Below are positions 9,494-18,851 of a stretch of 64,000 nt of DNA, one piece after another (position 1 is the stretch's first letter; each line of letters opens with the position of its first letter). Made by a program: the position numbers and the translations under genes. The notes below the pieces were generated by a model. It ran no database searches. It worked only from the letters and a program-made list of their open reading frames with translations, and was not told where the DNA came from. Source of the stretch: an uncultured Rhodospirillaceae bacterium (lineage in GTDB: Bacteria > Pseudomonadota > Alphaproteobacteria > UBA8366); the NCBI GenBank assembly GCA_964408805.1, contig CAYPAV010000005.1, positions 4,476 to 68,475 of the forward strand, read 5' to 3'.

Positions 9494-9509
9494 TCCCGCG
9501 AAGGCGGGA
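9494..9509. terminator. candidate bidirectional hairpin between convergent genes
   Basis: tcccgc-gaag-gcggga forms a perfect 6-bp stem with a 4-nt loop. It lies between the stops at 9473 (+) and 9528 (-). There is no clear U-tract. Confidence 0.3.
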
Positions 9510-9527
9510 AACCAGGCGGCATCACCC

Positions 9528-10616
9528 TCAATGCTCGAACATGATGACGTCTCGGGCGGTCTCGCCCGTCTTCAGCGCATCCATCGCGTCGTTGATGTCT
9601 TCGAGGCCAATATGCCCCGAGAGCAAATCGTCGAGCTTGAGCTTTCCGGCGAGGTAGAAATCGACGTAATTCGGCATGTCGACCCGAAAGCGGTTCGACC
9701 CCATGGCACAGCCGAGAATCTTTTTCTCTTGCAGGAATTCGGCCGCATGGAGTTCGATCTTGGTGCCGTGGGGGACCATGCCGATAATCGTCGCGGCCCC
9801 GCCCGGGCGTAACATCTCGAAGGCCTGTTCGGCGGTCTGCTTGAGGCCGATCGCCTCGAAGGCGTAATGCACGCCGCCGTCGGTCAGCTCCTTGATCTGT
9901 TCGACCGCATCGCCGGCCGAGGCGTCCACGACATCGGTGGCACCGAAGGCCTTGGCGAGGTTGAGCTTACTTCCCACCATATCGACCGCGATGATCCGCC
10001 CGGCGCCTGAAATCGCCGCACCGTTGACGCAGGAGAGCCCAACACCGCCGCAACCGATCACCGCCACGGTCGAGCCAACCTCGACCTTGGCCGTGTTGTG
10101 GACCGCGCCGACACCCGTGGTGACGCCGCAGCCGATCAAGGCCGCCTTGTCGAGCGGCATGTCCTTCCTGATCTTCACCAGCGCATGCTCATGGACCAGC
10201 ATTTGCTCGGCGAAGGAGGAGAGGTTGGCGAATTGCTGAACCGTTCTTTCCGCTTGGTTGAGCCTGGGGGGCTGGTCCCGCCGGCGGCGCGTTTCACGCC
10301 CGTCGCAGATCGACATATGACCCGTCAGGCAGGCCTCGCAATGGCCGCAGAAGGCGGAGAGGCAGGTGATGACATGATCGCCCGGTTCCACGTAATCGAC
10401 GTCCGAGCCGACCTGCTCCACCACGCCAGCCGATTCGTGCCCCAGCACGACCGGCAAACGGAAGGGATAGAGCCCCTCCACAAAATGGAGATCGCTATGG
10501 CAGACACCCGCGGCGGCCGTTCGCACCAGAACCTCGCGCGGTCCCGGCTTGTCGATTTCCACATCCTCGATCACCAGTGGCTTGCCCACCTCGTGCAGCA
10601 CGGCGGCTTTCATCAC
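9528..10616 (-). CDS. zinc-dependent alcohol dehydrogenase family protein
   Basis: MKAAVLHEVGKPLVIEDVEIDKPGPREVLVRTAAAGVCHSDLH includes the catalytic-zinc GVCHSD motif. A structural-zinc Cys cluster (CGHCEAC) and a GCGGVG Rossmann motif are also present. Confidence 0.9.
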   Translation of the reverse strand: MMKAAVLHEVGKPLVIEDVEIDKPGPREVLVRTAAAGVCHSDLHFVEGLYPFRLPVVLGHESAGVVEQVGSDVDYVEPGDHVITCLSAFCGHCEACLTGHMSICDGRETRRRRDQPPRLNQAERTVQQFANLSSFAEQMLVHEHALVKIRKDMPLDKAALIGCGVTTGVGAVHNTAKVEVGSTVAVIGCGGVGLSCVNGAAISGAGRIIAVDMVGSKLNLAKAFGATDVVDASAGDAVEQIKELTDGGVHYAFEAIGLKQTAEQAFEMLRPGGAATIIGMVPHGTKIELHAAEFLQEKKILGCAMGSNRFRVDMPNYVDFYLAGKLKLDDLLSGHIGLEDINDAMDALKTGETARDVIMFEH

Positions 10617-10690
10617 GTCTCTCCTATGCTTTGAACTCTCTTAAACGGGATTGTCGCAAGGGGTTCCGGACGGGTCAAATCACCCGCCGA

Positions 10691-11473
10691 TCAGAACCGT
10701 TCCAGCAGCATCCCCTTGCCCATCAGCCGATCCTCGATCCCGATGGCGCGTAGCGCGTGCCAGATCAGCGCGGCATTGATCGGCAGGACCGGCTTGCCGA
10801 GCTGCTTCTCCAGGGTCGGGAAGAGGTCGAGATTGCTGAGGTTGGTGCCGACCTGGACGATGGCATCGACATCGTCGCCCTCGAGCTGGTTCAGGACGAT
10901 GTCCAGGACTTGGGATTGCGGCGTGTGGGCGATGCTGTTGGCGGTGTCGCATTTGAGGCCGACAAGGCGGCGGATCTCGTAGCCGCTCTCCTCGAAGAAG
11001 CGATACACCTGTTCGTCGGCGACCGCTTGATATGGCGTCAGAACCGCCAGTGTCTTGGCGCCGAGCGCGGTCAGGGCGGTATCGACCGCATTCGCGCCGG
11101 TGGTCAGGCCGACCGTGGGCCCGATTACCTCGCGGACGCGCGCCTTGAAGGCCTCGTTGCCGGCCGCCCCGCCCCAGAAGGTCTCGGCCGACATGCCCAT
11201 TACGACGTGATCGACCTCGGCGGTGACGATGTCGCGCATGGCCAGCGGGATCGTCTCCTGGATCGCCTCGACGAACTTTAGGAACGTGTCGTCGTTGGAA
11301 AGGTCGCGCACCTCGATGAAGAACCGCGCCACATGCCAGCTGATGCCCTCGGGCAGGATGCGCTGGAGGTCGTATTCTACCGCGATATTGGTCGACGGCA
11401 CGACGACGCCGATGCGTCCGCGCGCGCCAATCCAAGGGTCCTGCGCCTTCGCCGCTTGGGCCGTATCATTCAT
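10691..11473 (-). CDS. Asp/Glu/hydantoin racemase superfamily protein (maleate isomerase / arylmalonate decarboxylase-like)
   Basis: RIGVVVPSTNIAVEYD...TLAVLTPYQAVADEQVYRFFEESGYEI...DAIVQVGTNLSNLD...LGKPVLPINAALIWHALRAIGIEDR. The start is re-set to the ATG at 11473. It is a paralog of 24885..25631. Confidence 0.75.
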   Translation of the reverse strand: MNDTAQAAKAQDPWIGARGRIGVVVPSTNIAVEYDLQRILPEGISWHVARFFIEVRDLSNDDTFLKFVEAIQETIPLAMRDIVTAEVDHVVMGMSAETFWGGAAGNEAFKARVREVIGPTVGLTTGANAVDTALTALGAKTLAVLTPYQAVADEQVYRFFEESGYEIRRLVGLKCDTANSIAHTPQSQVLDIVLNQLEGDDVDAIVQVGTNLSNLDLFPTLEKQLGKPVLPINAALIWHALRAIGIEDRLMGKGMLLERF

Positions 11474-11578
11474 GAGAGAATTGCCTTCGATTTTGTTACC
11501 GGTTGACGCTGGATGCATCACCTCGCGAGGATACCTCATTCTCGGGGAAGAGCGACAGCGTAAGGGGGAAACCCAAGG

Positions 11579-11866
11579 ATGGAAAAGGCCGTGGCCATGA
11601 AAGGGGCGGACAATGTCGCGACCTGTCTCGCCGACATGGCGAAGGGGTCCGCGATCGCGGTCGCCAGGGACGGCGACCGGATCGAGGTGACCCTGCGCGA
11701 CGATATCCCCTTCGGACATAAAATCGCCCTGGCCGACATTCCGGCGGGGACCGAGGTGCTGAAATATGCCGAGGTGATCGGTCTAGCGACCCAAAACATT
11801 GCCGCCGGTGACCACGTCCACGTGCATAACGTCGAAAGCCGCCGTGCCCGGGGGGATAAGACATGA
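11579..11866 (+). CDS. UxaA family hydrolase small subunit (SAF domain, altronate/galactarate dehydratase N-terminal-like)
   Basis: DNVATCLADMAKGSAI...IPFGHKIALADIPAGTEVLKYAEVIGLATQNIAAGDHVHVHN. Its stop overlaps the next gene's ATG (ATGA). Confidence 0.8.
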   Translation: MEKAVAMKGADNVATCLADMAKGSAIAVARDGDRIEVTLRDDIPFGHKIALADIPAGTEVLKYAEVIGLATQNIAAGDHVHVHNVESRRARGDKT

Positions 11867-13020
11867 CGACCGAGATCATGGGTTATCGGCGTGCGGACGG
11901 AACCGTCGGTATCCGCAACCTGGTCGCCGTCCTTTCGGCGATGGACAACACCAACCCCTGTGCCCGGCGGATCGTCGACATCGTGGCAGGAACCGTCCTC
12001 CTGGAGACGCCGTTCGGCCGGACCCAGATCGGACACGACTTCGAAATGACCTTGAAGACGCTGGCGGGATTCGGCCGGCACCCGAACGTGGCGGCGGTCC
12101 TGGTACTCGGCTTGAGCCTGGAGACCGCCTCGGCATTGGCGGCCCGGATCGAGCCTTCGGGGAAACCGGTCGCCGTCTTGGGATTACAGGAAGCGGGCAG
12201 CACCATGGCACTTACCGGCGAGGGGGTCCGGGTCGCGGCCGATCTCGTCGTCGCCGCCTCGGAGAACGCGCGCGCCCCCGTTCGCTTCGCCGAGCTTGCG
12301 ATCGCCGTCGAATGCGGCGGGTCCGACACCACCTCGGGGCTGGCCTCCAACCCGGCGGTGGGTCTTTTCGCCGATCGTTTCATCGACGAGGGCGGCACGA
12401 TCATCCTCTCGGAACCGGCGGAGTTCATGGGGGCCGAGCATATCCTGGCCGACCGCGCTGTCGATCCCGCGGACGGCGAACGCATTTACGAAATGGTAAA
12501 ATGGTTCGAGGACGAGGCGGCGCGGGCCGGGGTCGACATGCGCGGCACCAACCCCACCCCGGACAACATCGCCGGCGGGTTGACCACGCTTGAGGAAAAG
12601 TCCCTCGGCGCCATCGCGAAAGGCGGCTCGCGGCCGATCGTCGAGGTGATCGACTATGCGGATACGCCCTCGAAGCAGGGACTCGTCATCATGAACACGC
12701 CGTCGGCGGCCTGCGAATCGATGACCGGGCTGGTCGGCGGCGGCGCCCAGATGGTGATCTTCTCGACCGGGCGCGGCAACGCCATCGGCGCGCCCGTCGC
12801 CCCGACCATAAAGGTCACCGGCAACCCCCACACGGCGAAAACCATGCGCGAGAACATCGACGTCGATGTGAGTGCGGTCATCTCCGAAGGCGAGAGCCTG
12901 GAGGTCGCCGCCGACCGACTCTGGACCGAGATGATCAAGATCGGCAACGGCAAGATCACCCGCTGCGAGGTATTGGGCGAGGACCAGCTCTCCGTCAGCC
13001 GTTTCGGGCCATCGGTGTAG
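11863..13020 (+). CDS. UxaA family hydrolase large subunit (altronate/galactarate dehydratase C-terminal-like)
   Basis: MGYRRADGTVGIRNLVAVLSAMDNTNPCARRI...ECGGSDTTSGLASNPAVG...VIFSTGRGN. It is translationally coupled to the SAF-domain gene. Confidence 0.85.
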   Translation: MTTEIMGYRRADGTVGIRNLVAVLSAMDNTNPCARRIVDIVAGTVLLETPFGRTQIGHDFEMTLKTLAGFGRHPNVAAVLVLGLSLETASALAARIEPSGKPVAVLGLQEAGSTMALTGEGVRVAADLVVAASENARAPVRFAELAIAVECGGSDTTSGLASNPAVGLFADRFIDEGGTIILSEPAEFMGAEHILADRAVDPADGERIYEMVKWFEDEAARAGVDMRGTNPTPDNIAGGLTTLEEKSLGAIAKGGSRPIVEVIDYADTPSKQGLVIMNTPSAACESMTGLVGGGAQMVIFSTGRGNAIGAPVAPTIKVTGNPHTAKTMRENIDVDVSAVISEGESLEVAADRLWTEMIKIGNGKITRCEVLGEDQLSVSRFGPSV

Positions 13021-13025
13021 CCATG

Positions 13026-13041
13026 CGTACGGAATACGTAC
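13026..13041. promoter_or_regulatory. candidate operator half, CGTACG-N5-CGTAC
   Basis: cgtacggaatacgtac lies immediately after the uxaA-like stop and is related to the site at 13150. Confidence 0.2.
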
Positions 13042-13149
13042 ATCCGCTACCTTTCCACCTTTCCTCCGCGGCACCTATGCGCAGCGAAGTGCCGGAGATA
13101 CCACAGAAAAGTCCACGGATTCCAGGATTTTTGGGAATACTGCGAAAAT

Positions 13150-13164
13150 CGTACGCGTACGTAC
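13150..13164. promoter_or_regulatory. candidate operator: palindromic CGTACGCGTACG(TAC)
   Basis: cgtacgcgtacg is a perfect 12-nt palindrome. It ends 26 nt upstream of the ATG at 13190. Confidence 0.25.
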
Positions 13165-13189
13165 CTGCCTTCTTCTCGAAAGTTTACCG

Positions 13190-14203
13190 ATGACCGACAT
13201 TACCCTCTCTCTCGATGACCTTCGGGCCCTAGCAAAGGACGTTCTGATCGCCCATGACACCGGCCCCCTAAACGCGGCACTGGTCGCCGATGCCCTCTGC
13301 CGCGCCGAGGCGGACGGCCAGAAGGGTCACGGAGCGTCCCGCATTCCCTCCTATTCGGCGCAATCCAAGACCGGCAAGGTCGACGGACACGCCGTACCTG
13401 AATTGGAACAAGTCGGCCTGGCGGCGCTCCGCATCGACGCCAGGAGCGGATTCGCCTATCCCGCCCTCGAGATGGCAATCGCCGCACTCGCCGATCTGGC
13501 GCCGGAGACCGGGATCGCGGCGGCGGCGATCGCCCATTCGCATCATTCGGGCGTCGCCGCCCATCACGTCGAACCCCTGGCGGATAAGGGCTTGGTCGGG
13601 CTCAGCCTCGGCAACGGACCGGTCGCCATAGCCCCTTGGGGCGGCACCAAGGGCGTCTTCGGGACCAACCCGCTCGCCTTCGCGGCCCCTCGTCCATCGG
13701 CCCCGTCGCTCGTCATCGATATGAGCCTCAGCAAGGTCGCGCGCGGCAAGATCAACGTCGCGGCCCAGAAGGGCGAAGCCATTCCCGAGGGCTGGGCCGT
13801 CGATGCGCATGGGCAACCGACGACCGATCCCAATGCCGCCCTCGACGGCACGATGCTCCCCATGGGCGACGCCAAGGGCGCACAGCTCGTGCTTATGGTC
13901 GAGATCCTGGCCGCCGCCCTCTCCGCGTCGCAATTCGGTTTCGAGGCGAGTTCCTTCTTCACCGGCGAAGGCGGTCCGCCGCATATCGGCCAATTCCTGA
14001 TTGCGATCGATCCGGGGCCGTTTTCGAAGGGCGGCTTCGGTGCCAGGATCGAGGACCTTTTGGCCGCCATCGCCGACCAGCCGGGGACGCGCCTGCCGGG
14101 CACGCGACGGCTCAATCTGCGGGCGGCCGCGGCGCGGGACGGCGTCGCCATCCCGGCGGCCCTTCATGACGAATTGCAGGACTTGCGGACCGGAAAAGAC
14201 TAG
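13190..14203 (+). CDS. Ldh family oxidoreductase (malate/L-lactate dehydrogenase type 2, Ldh_2)
   Basis: AEADGQKGHGASRIPSYSAQSKTGKVDG...GTNPLAFAAP...GDAKGAQLVLMVEILAAALS are typical Ldh_2 signatures. Confidence 0.85.
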   Translation: MTDITLSLDDLRALAKDVLIAHDTGPLNAALVADALCRAEADGQKGHGASRIPSYSAQSKTGKVDGHAVPELEQVGLAALRIDARSGFAYPALEMAIAALADLAPETGIAAAAIAHSHHSGVAAHHVEPLADKGLVGLSLGNGPVAIAPWGGTKGVFGTNPLAFAAPRPSAPSLVIDMSLSKVARGKINVAAQKGEAIPEGWAVDAHGQPTTDPNAALDGTMLPMGDAKGAQLVLMVEILAAALSASQFGFEASSFFTGEGGPPHIGQFLIAIDPGPFSKGGFGARIEDLLAAIADQPGTRLPGTRRLNLRAAAARDGVAIPAALHDELQDLRTGKD

Positions 14204-14242
14204 AGTTTCCGAAATTACGAGACACAGGGGGAGAAGGACATC

Positions 14243-15301
14243 ATGGGTTCAACGATATTTGCGGGCGCGGCCAACTGGTCCGCCGCCGACAATGCCGATC
14301 ACCGATTCGGCCTGTTTCGCATGGAAACCGGTAATGGCGGTTGGGAGACCTTGACCGAAGGCTTGCCGGACAAGGTCGAGATTCGCCATCTCGCGTTCGC
14401 GCCGAGCGAGCCCGACACCCTCTATGCCGGCACCCATGCCGGTCCCTACCGCAGCCGCGACGGCGGCCGAAGCTGGGAGGCCTTGACGCTGCCGAGCGAG
14501 AATGCGGTCGTCTGGTCGCTGCTGCTGCATCCGACCGATCCGAACATTATTTACGCTGGGACGCAGGAACAGGGCCTCTTCCGTAGCGAGAATGCCGGCG
14601 CCAGTTGGACCGAACTTGCCCTCCCCGACCCCGCCGGGCTTTGCAAGATGGATTTTGCGAGCCGGGTCGTCCGCATGACCCTCGACCCCGCGAACCCCGA
14701 GGAAATTTATGTCGGGATCGAGGTTGGCGGTCTCGTTCGCAGTCTCGACGGCGGGGAGACCTTCGAGGATTGCTGCGAGGATCTGTTGCGGCTCTCGCGA
14801 CTGGACCATCTCCGCAGCCGGATCGGCAGCGATACCGATGCCGAGGGCATGATGGACACCCATGCCGTGACCATCAGCCCGGCCCATCCGGGCACGGTCA
14901 TTCTGGCGACCCGCATGGGTCTTTTCCGCAGCGACGACAAGGCGGAAACCTGGCGCGAGCTCGATATCGGGCGATACTCGGATCTGACTTATGCGCGGGA
15001 CGTCCAGGTCTCGCCGCATGATCCCGGCATGCTCTACGCCGCCTTCAGCGCCGCCGCCGTCAGCGATGCGGGCTCACTCTACCGCAGCGGCAACCTCGGC
15101 GAGACCTGGAGCCGCTTTGACCACGACGTCTCGGTCGACAGCACGATGATGCATATCGGGCAGAGCGCGGCGGCGCCGGAACGGGTCATTTGCGGTGCCC
15201 GGCGCGGTCAGGTCTTCGCGACCGAGGATGGCGGGGCCAACTGGACCGAATATTCCCTACCGGGCGGCGTCCAGGGCGTCTACGCGGTGGCCTGCGCCTA
15301 A
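14243..15301 (+). CDS. BNR/Asp-box (WD40/YVTN/BNR-like) repeat protein
   Basis: Repeated S-x-D-x-G-x-[ST]-W boxes: SRDGGRSWEAL, SENAGASWTEL, SLDGGETFED, SDDKAETWREL, SGNLGETWSRF and TEDGGANWTEY. Confidence 0.8.
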   Translation: MGSTIFAGAANWSAADNADHRFGLFRMETGNGGWETLTEGLPDKVEIRHLAFAPSEPDTLYAGTHAGPYRSRDGGRSWEALTLPSENAVVWSLLLHPTDPNIIYAGTQEQGLFRSENAGASWTELALPDPAGLCKMDFASRVVRMTLDPANPEEIYVGIEVGGLVRSLDGGETFEDCCEDLLRLSRLDHLRSRIGSDTDAEGMMDTHAVTISPAHPGTVILATRMGLFRSDDKAETWRELDIGRYSDLTYARDVQVSPHDPGMLYAAFSAAAVSDAGSLYRSGNLGETWSRFDHDVSVDSTMMHIGQSAAAPERVICGARRGQVFATEDGGANWTEYSLPGGVQGVYAVACA

Positions 15302-15337
15302 CCGATGAAGTTCGGAAGTGACGAGCGACGCGTGTAA

Positions 15338-16126
15338 CTACCGCGGCCAAATGCGGAGCGCTATGAGGCCGCCGTCGATCGGCAACATCAGCCCGGTGAT
15401 CCAGCGCGACTCGTCGCTCAACAGATAGACCGCGCCATGGCCGATGTCCCAGGCCGTGCCCTCGGTCTCCATCGGCACCATTTTGGCGCGCCGTTCGCGC
15501 GCCGCCGGGCCCAGGCGCTCGACCAGCGGCGTGTGGACCGAGCCGATGATGATGCAGTTGGCGCGGATTCGGTCGAGCACGAAATCCGCCGCGACCGACA
15601 AGGTGAACCCGTGCAGCCCCGCCTTCGCGGCCGAGTAGGCGACCGAACCCGTCTCCGCCATCAGGCCGAGGGCGCCCGCGATCGACGAGATGTTGACGAC
15701 CGAACCGCCACCGGCCCGCTTCATCGCCGGAATGGCCGCCCGGGTCGACAGCATCGCTGTCTTCAGGTTGACTTCGATGATGTCGTCCCACGCCGCTTCG
15801 TCGATCTCCTCGACGGAACCGGGGGCGCCGTAGCCGACATTGTTCACGAGACCGTCGAGCCGGCCATAGGCATCCTCCGCGGCGGCGACCATCGCCTTGG
15901 TGTCCTCATCCTTTGTCACGTCGCCGACGAAGACCATCGCTTCCCCGCCCTCGGCGACGATACTTTCCCGCAGCGCCTCCGCGCGCTCGGCAGAGCGGTT
16001 GACCAGCACCACCTTGGCGCCCTCGCGGGCGGCGAGGACAGCCATCGCCATGCCGTTGCCGACCCCCTCGGCCCGCGGCGCCGCCCCGGTCACGATAATC
16101 ACCTTGTCTTGAAGCCGTCCGGCCAT
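15338..16126 (-). CDS. SDR family oxidoreductase
   Basis: KVIIVTGAAPRAEGVGNGMA..., NNVG, and a catalytic Y-x3-K in YSAAKAG. Confidence 0.88.
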   Translation of the reverse strand: MAGRLQDKVIIVTGAAPRAEGVGNGMAMAVLAAREGAKVVLVNRSAERAEALRESIVAEGGEAMVFVGDVTKDEDTKAMVAAAEDAYGRLDGLVNNVGYGAPGSVEEIDEAAWDDIIEVNLKTAMLSTRAAIPAMKRAGGGSVVNISSIAGALGLMAETGSVAYSAAKAGLHGFTLSVAADFVLDRIRANCIIIGSVHTPLVERLGPAARERRAKMVPMETEGTAWDIGHGAVYLLSDESRWITGLMLPIDGGLIALRIWPR

Positions 16127-16154
16127 GTTTTCCGCTCCTAATTCCCGTCACCGC

Positions 16155-17075
16155 TCACGCGGCGGTATCGTACTCGCGCCGGACCCGCGCCACGAGTTCG
16201 GCCACCGTCGGGATCTCCTTCACACCCTCGACCGAATGCCCGGCCGACCAGATATCGCGCCAGCGCTTCGGCCGTTTGTCGGGGTTGATGTCCTCGGAGA
16301 TGTTGATCATGCCCCGCGCAGGAAGGGCGTCCGGGTCGAGCCCGGCGGCCACGATAGAGGGCCGAAGCTTGTTCGTCGGCAGACCGGTGAAGGCGCTGGT
16401 CAGCAAGACATCGTCCATCGAGGAATCGACCAGCATGTTCTTGAACCCATCGACGGCCATACTCTCCTCGGTCGCGATGAAGCTCGTACCCATATAGGCG
16501 AGATCGGCGCCAAGGGCCTGGGCCGCGCGCAAGGCCACGCCGTCGTTGATCCCGCCGGCCAGCACGACCGGCCCGTCGTAGAATTCCCGAACAGCGCGCA
16601 CGAAGGCGAAGGGATTGGCCCAGCCGGCCTGTCCGCCCGCGCCCGCGGTCAGTAGGATCAAGCCGTCGACACCGACCGAAACCGCCTTTCTGGCATGGCG
16701 CATCGAGGCGATGTCGGCGAAGACTTTGCCGCCATAGCCGTGGATCGTCTCCATGATCGGCTCCGGGTTGCCGACGCTGGCGATGATCAGCGGCGCCTTG
16801 TGCTTGGCAACGAGGGCCGCGTCCTCGTGCAATCGCTTGTTCGAGCCATGGACGATCAGGTTCGGCGCATAGGGCGCGCCGGCCGCGGTCTCTTCCGACA
16901 TGCGGCCGAGCCACTGGTCGAGCTCCTCCAAGGTCCGGCAATTGGCGGTCGGGAAGGAGCCGATGACGCCCGACCTCGAGGCCGCGATCACCAGATCGAG
17001 CCCCGAAACCAGGAACATCGGCGCCGCGATCACCGGAAGCCGGAGGCGCTCGGCGATTTCCGGCGGCAGGCTCAT
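16155..17075 (-). CDS. nitronate monooxygenase (NMO / 2-nitropropane dioxygenase-like FMN enzyme)
   Basis: LRLPVIAAPMFLVSGLDLVIAASRSGVIGSFP...GLILLTAGAGGQAG...LAGGINDG. Confidence 0.85.
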   Translation of the reverse strand: MSLPPEIAERLRLPVIAAPMFLVSGLDLVIAASRSGVIGSFPTANCRTLEELDQWLGRMSEETAAGAPYAPNLIVHGSNKRLHEDAALVAKHKAPLIIASVGNPEPIMETIHGYGGKVFADIASMRHARKAVSVGVDGLILLTAGAGGQAGWANPFAFVRAVREFYDGPVVLAGGINDGVALRAAQALGADLAYMGTSFIATEESMAVDGFKNMLVDSSMDDVLLTSAFTGLPTNKLRPSIVAAGLDPDALPARGMINISEDINPDKRPKRWRDIWSAGHSVEGVKEIPTVAELVARVRREYDTAA

Positions 17076-17096
17076 CCTTCCTCCCGATCCCGCCTT

Positions 17097-18740
17097 CTAG
17101 GTCGAATAGTCCGAGAAGGCGACCGTGGTGGCCCCCGCCATATTGTCGGTCTTGACGTTGACCAAGGCCACTTGGCCGGCCTCGTTCGCCTTCCGGGCAC
17201 GGTCGAGGGCGGGGCGGATGTCGTCCGGATTCTCGACGTATTCGCCGTGGCAGCCGAGACCCTCGGCCATCTTGTCATAGCGGGTATAGCCGAGTTCGCG
17301 GCCCGGTTTGCTGTTATTCGGATCAGCCGTCCAGCCGCCGTTGAGACTGACCACCACGGTGATCGGCAGGTTGTGGCGAACCGCCGTGTCGAGCTCCATG
17401 GCGTTGATGCCGAAGGAGCCGTCACCATGCACCACGACCACCTGCTTGTCCGGCTTCGCGGCCTTGGCGCCGACGCCGAGCGGCAGGCCGACGCCCATCG
17501 TCCCGAAGCAGCCCGAATTCATGCGATGAGCCGGCATAAAACTCGGCATCGCCTGACGGCCGAAATTCAGGATCTCCTGGCCGTCGACACAAAGGATACC
17601 GTCACGGTCGATGAAATCCCGGACCTCCTTGCAAAGCCGCAAGGGATGGACCGGCGTCGACGGGTTGGAGAGAATTTTCTCCGCTTCCTCGGTCTTAGAG
17701 GAATTGCGACCTCGCAGCCGCTCGCGCCAACTGGCATAGGTGTCCGGTGTGATCGAGCCCTTGATCGCGTCGGTGAGTTGCTCCAACACCGTCTTCACAT
17801 CGGCGATGACGCCGACATCGAGCTTTCGGGGGCTATTGGCGATCTCGCCGGGGTCGATGTCGACGCGCACCACGGCGGCGTCCGCATTGAAGCGCGGCGG
17901 GGCGGCATGGCCGATCATGTAGTTCATGCGCGTTCCCAGGACCAGGATCACATCGGCATCGCGGAAAGCGGTCGAGCGCGAGGTGAGATAGCAGTACTCG
18001 TGATCCTCGGGGATGACACCGCGACCCTGCGGCGTGGTGTAGAAGGGGATGCCGGAGGCGTCGACGAAAGTCTTGAGTTCGGCCGAGGCCTCGGACCAGA
18101 TGATGCCCGTGCCGGAGATGATGACGGGCTGTTTGGCACCCTTCAGCAGATCGACAATCTGTTTCAACTGATCGTCCTCGGCCGCCGGGCGGCTCCGTTT
18201 CGAGGGGTCCCAGGGATCCGGCCAGTCGAGTGTGTTCTCGTCGACATCGGCGTAGAGCACGTCGCCCGGAAGGTCGAGATAAACCGGACCCGGCTTGCCG
18301 CTCATCGCCTCGTGGAAGGCGCGGTTGACCAGTTCCGGAATGCGTTTTGGGTTGTGGACGCGGTCGGACCATTTGGTGCAGGTGTCGAACATCGGAAGTT
18401 GCTGGATTTCCTGGAACACGCCACGTCCGGTAGAGGCATCCGGACTGGCGCCGCCAAAGGCGATAACGGGCGTGCAATCAGCCCAGGCATGGGCCACGCC
18501 GGTGATCAAATTCGTGGTCGCGGGCCCCGAGGCCGCCATGCAGATGCCGGGACGATTGCGGAGGCGGGCATAGGCGAAGGCCGACATCGCGGCCGCTTGC
18601 TCGTGCCGCACGTCGATGCCGCGAATGCCGCGAGCCATCGTAGAGAGCTCCACGTCCATCATGGGGCCGCCCATGATGTAGAAAAACATGTCCGCGCCCT
18701 GTCGTTTCAGCGCCTCGCCGATAATTTCAGAACCGATCAT
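17097..18740 (-). CDS. thiamine pyrophosphate-dependent enzyme (acetolactate synthase / oxalyl-CoA decarboxylase-like)
   Basis: MIGSEIIGEALKRQGADMFFYIMGGP...; the TPP-binding motif reads GDGSFGINAMELDTAVRHNLP. The start is re-set to the ATG at 18740, preceded by ggaggagg. Confidence 0.88.
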   Translation of the reverse strand: MIGSEIIGEALKRQGADMFFYIMGGPMMDVELSTMARGIRGIDVRHEQAAAMSAFAYARLRNRPGICMAASGPATTNLITGVAHAWADCTPVIAFGGASPDASTGRGVFQEIQQLPMFDTCTKWSDRVHNPKRIPELVNRAFHEAMSGKPGPVYLDLPGDVLYADVDENTLDWPDPWDPSKRSRPAAEDDQLKQIVDLLKGAKQPVIISGTGIIWSEASAELKTFVDASGIPFYTTPQGRGVIPEDHEYCYLTSRSTAFRDADVILVLGTRMNYMIGHAAPPRFNADAAVVRVDIDPGEIANSPRKLDVGVIADVKTVLEQLTDAIKGSITPDTYASWRERLRGRNSSKTEEAEKILSNPSTPVHPLRLCKEVRDFIDRDGILCVDGQEILNFGRQAMPSFMPAHRMNSGCFGTMGVGLPLGVGAKAAKPDKQVVVVHGDGSFGINAMELDTAVRHNLPITVVVSLNGGWTADPNNSKPGRELGYTRYDKMAEGLGCHGEYVENPDDIRPALDRARKANEAGQVALVNVKTDNMAGATTVAFSDYST

Positions 18741-18851
18741 CGTGGTAGCCTCCTCCTGCATTCGGGGCGCCCGGCGCACCCGAACCTTGATGGTTATTTC
18801 GTATGGGAAAAAGGTGCGGGACTCGTCGCCGGGGTCAAGGGGCGGAATCCC

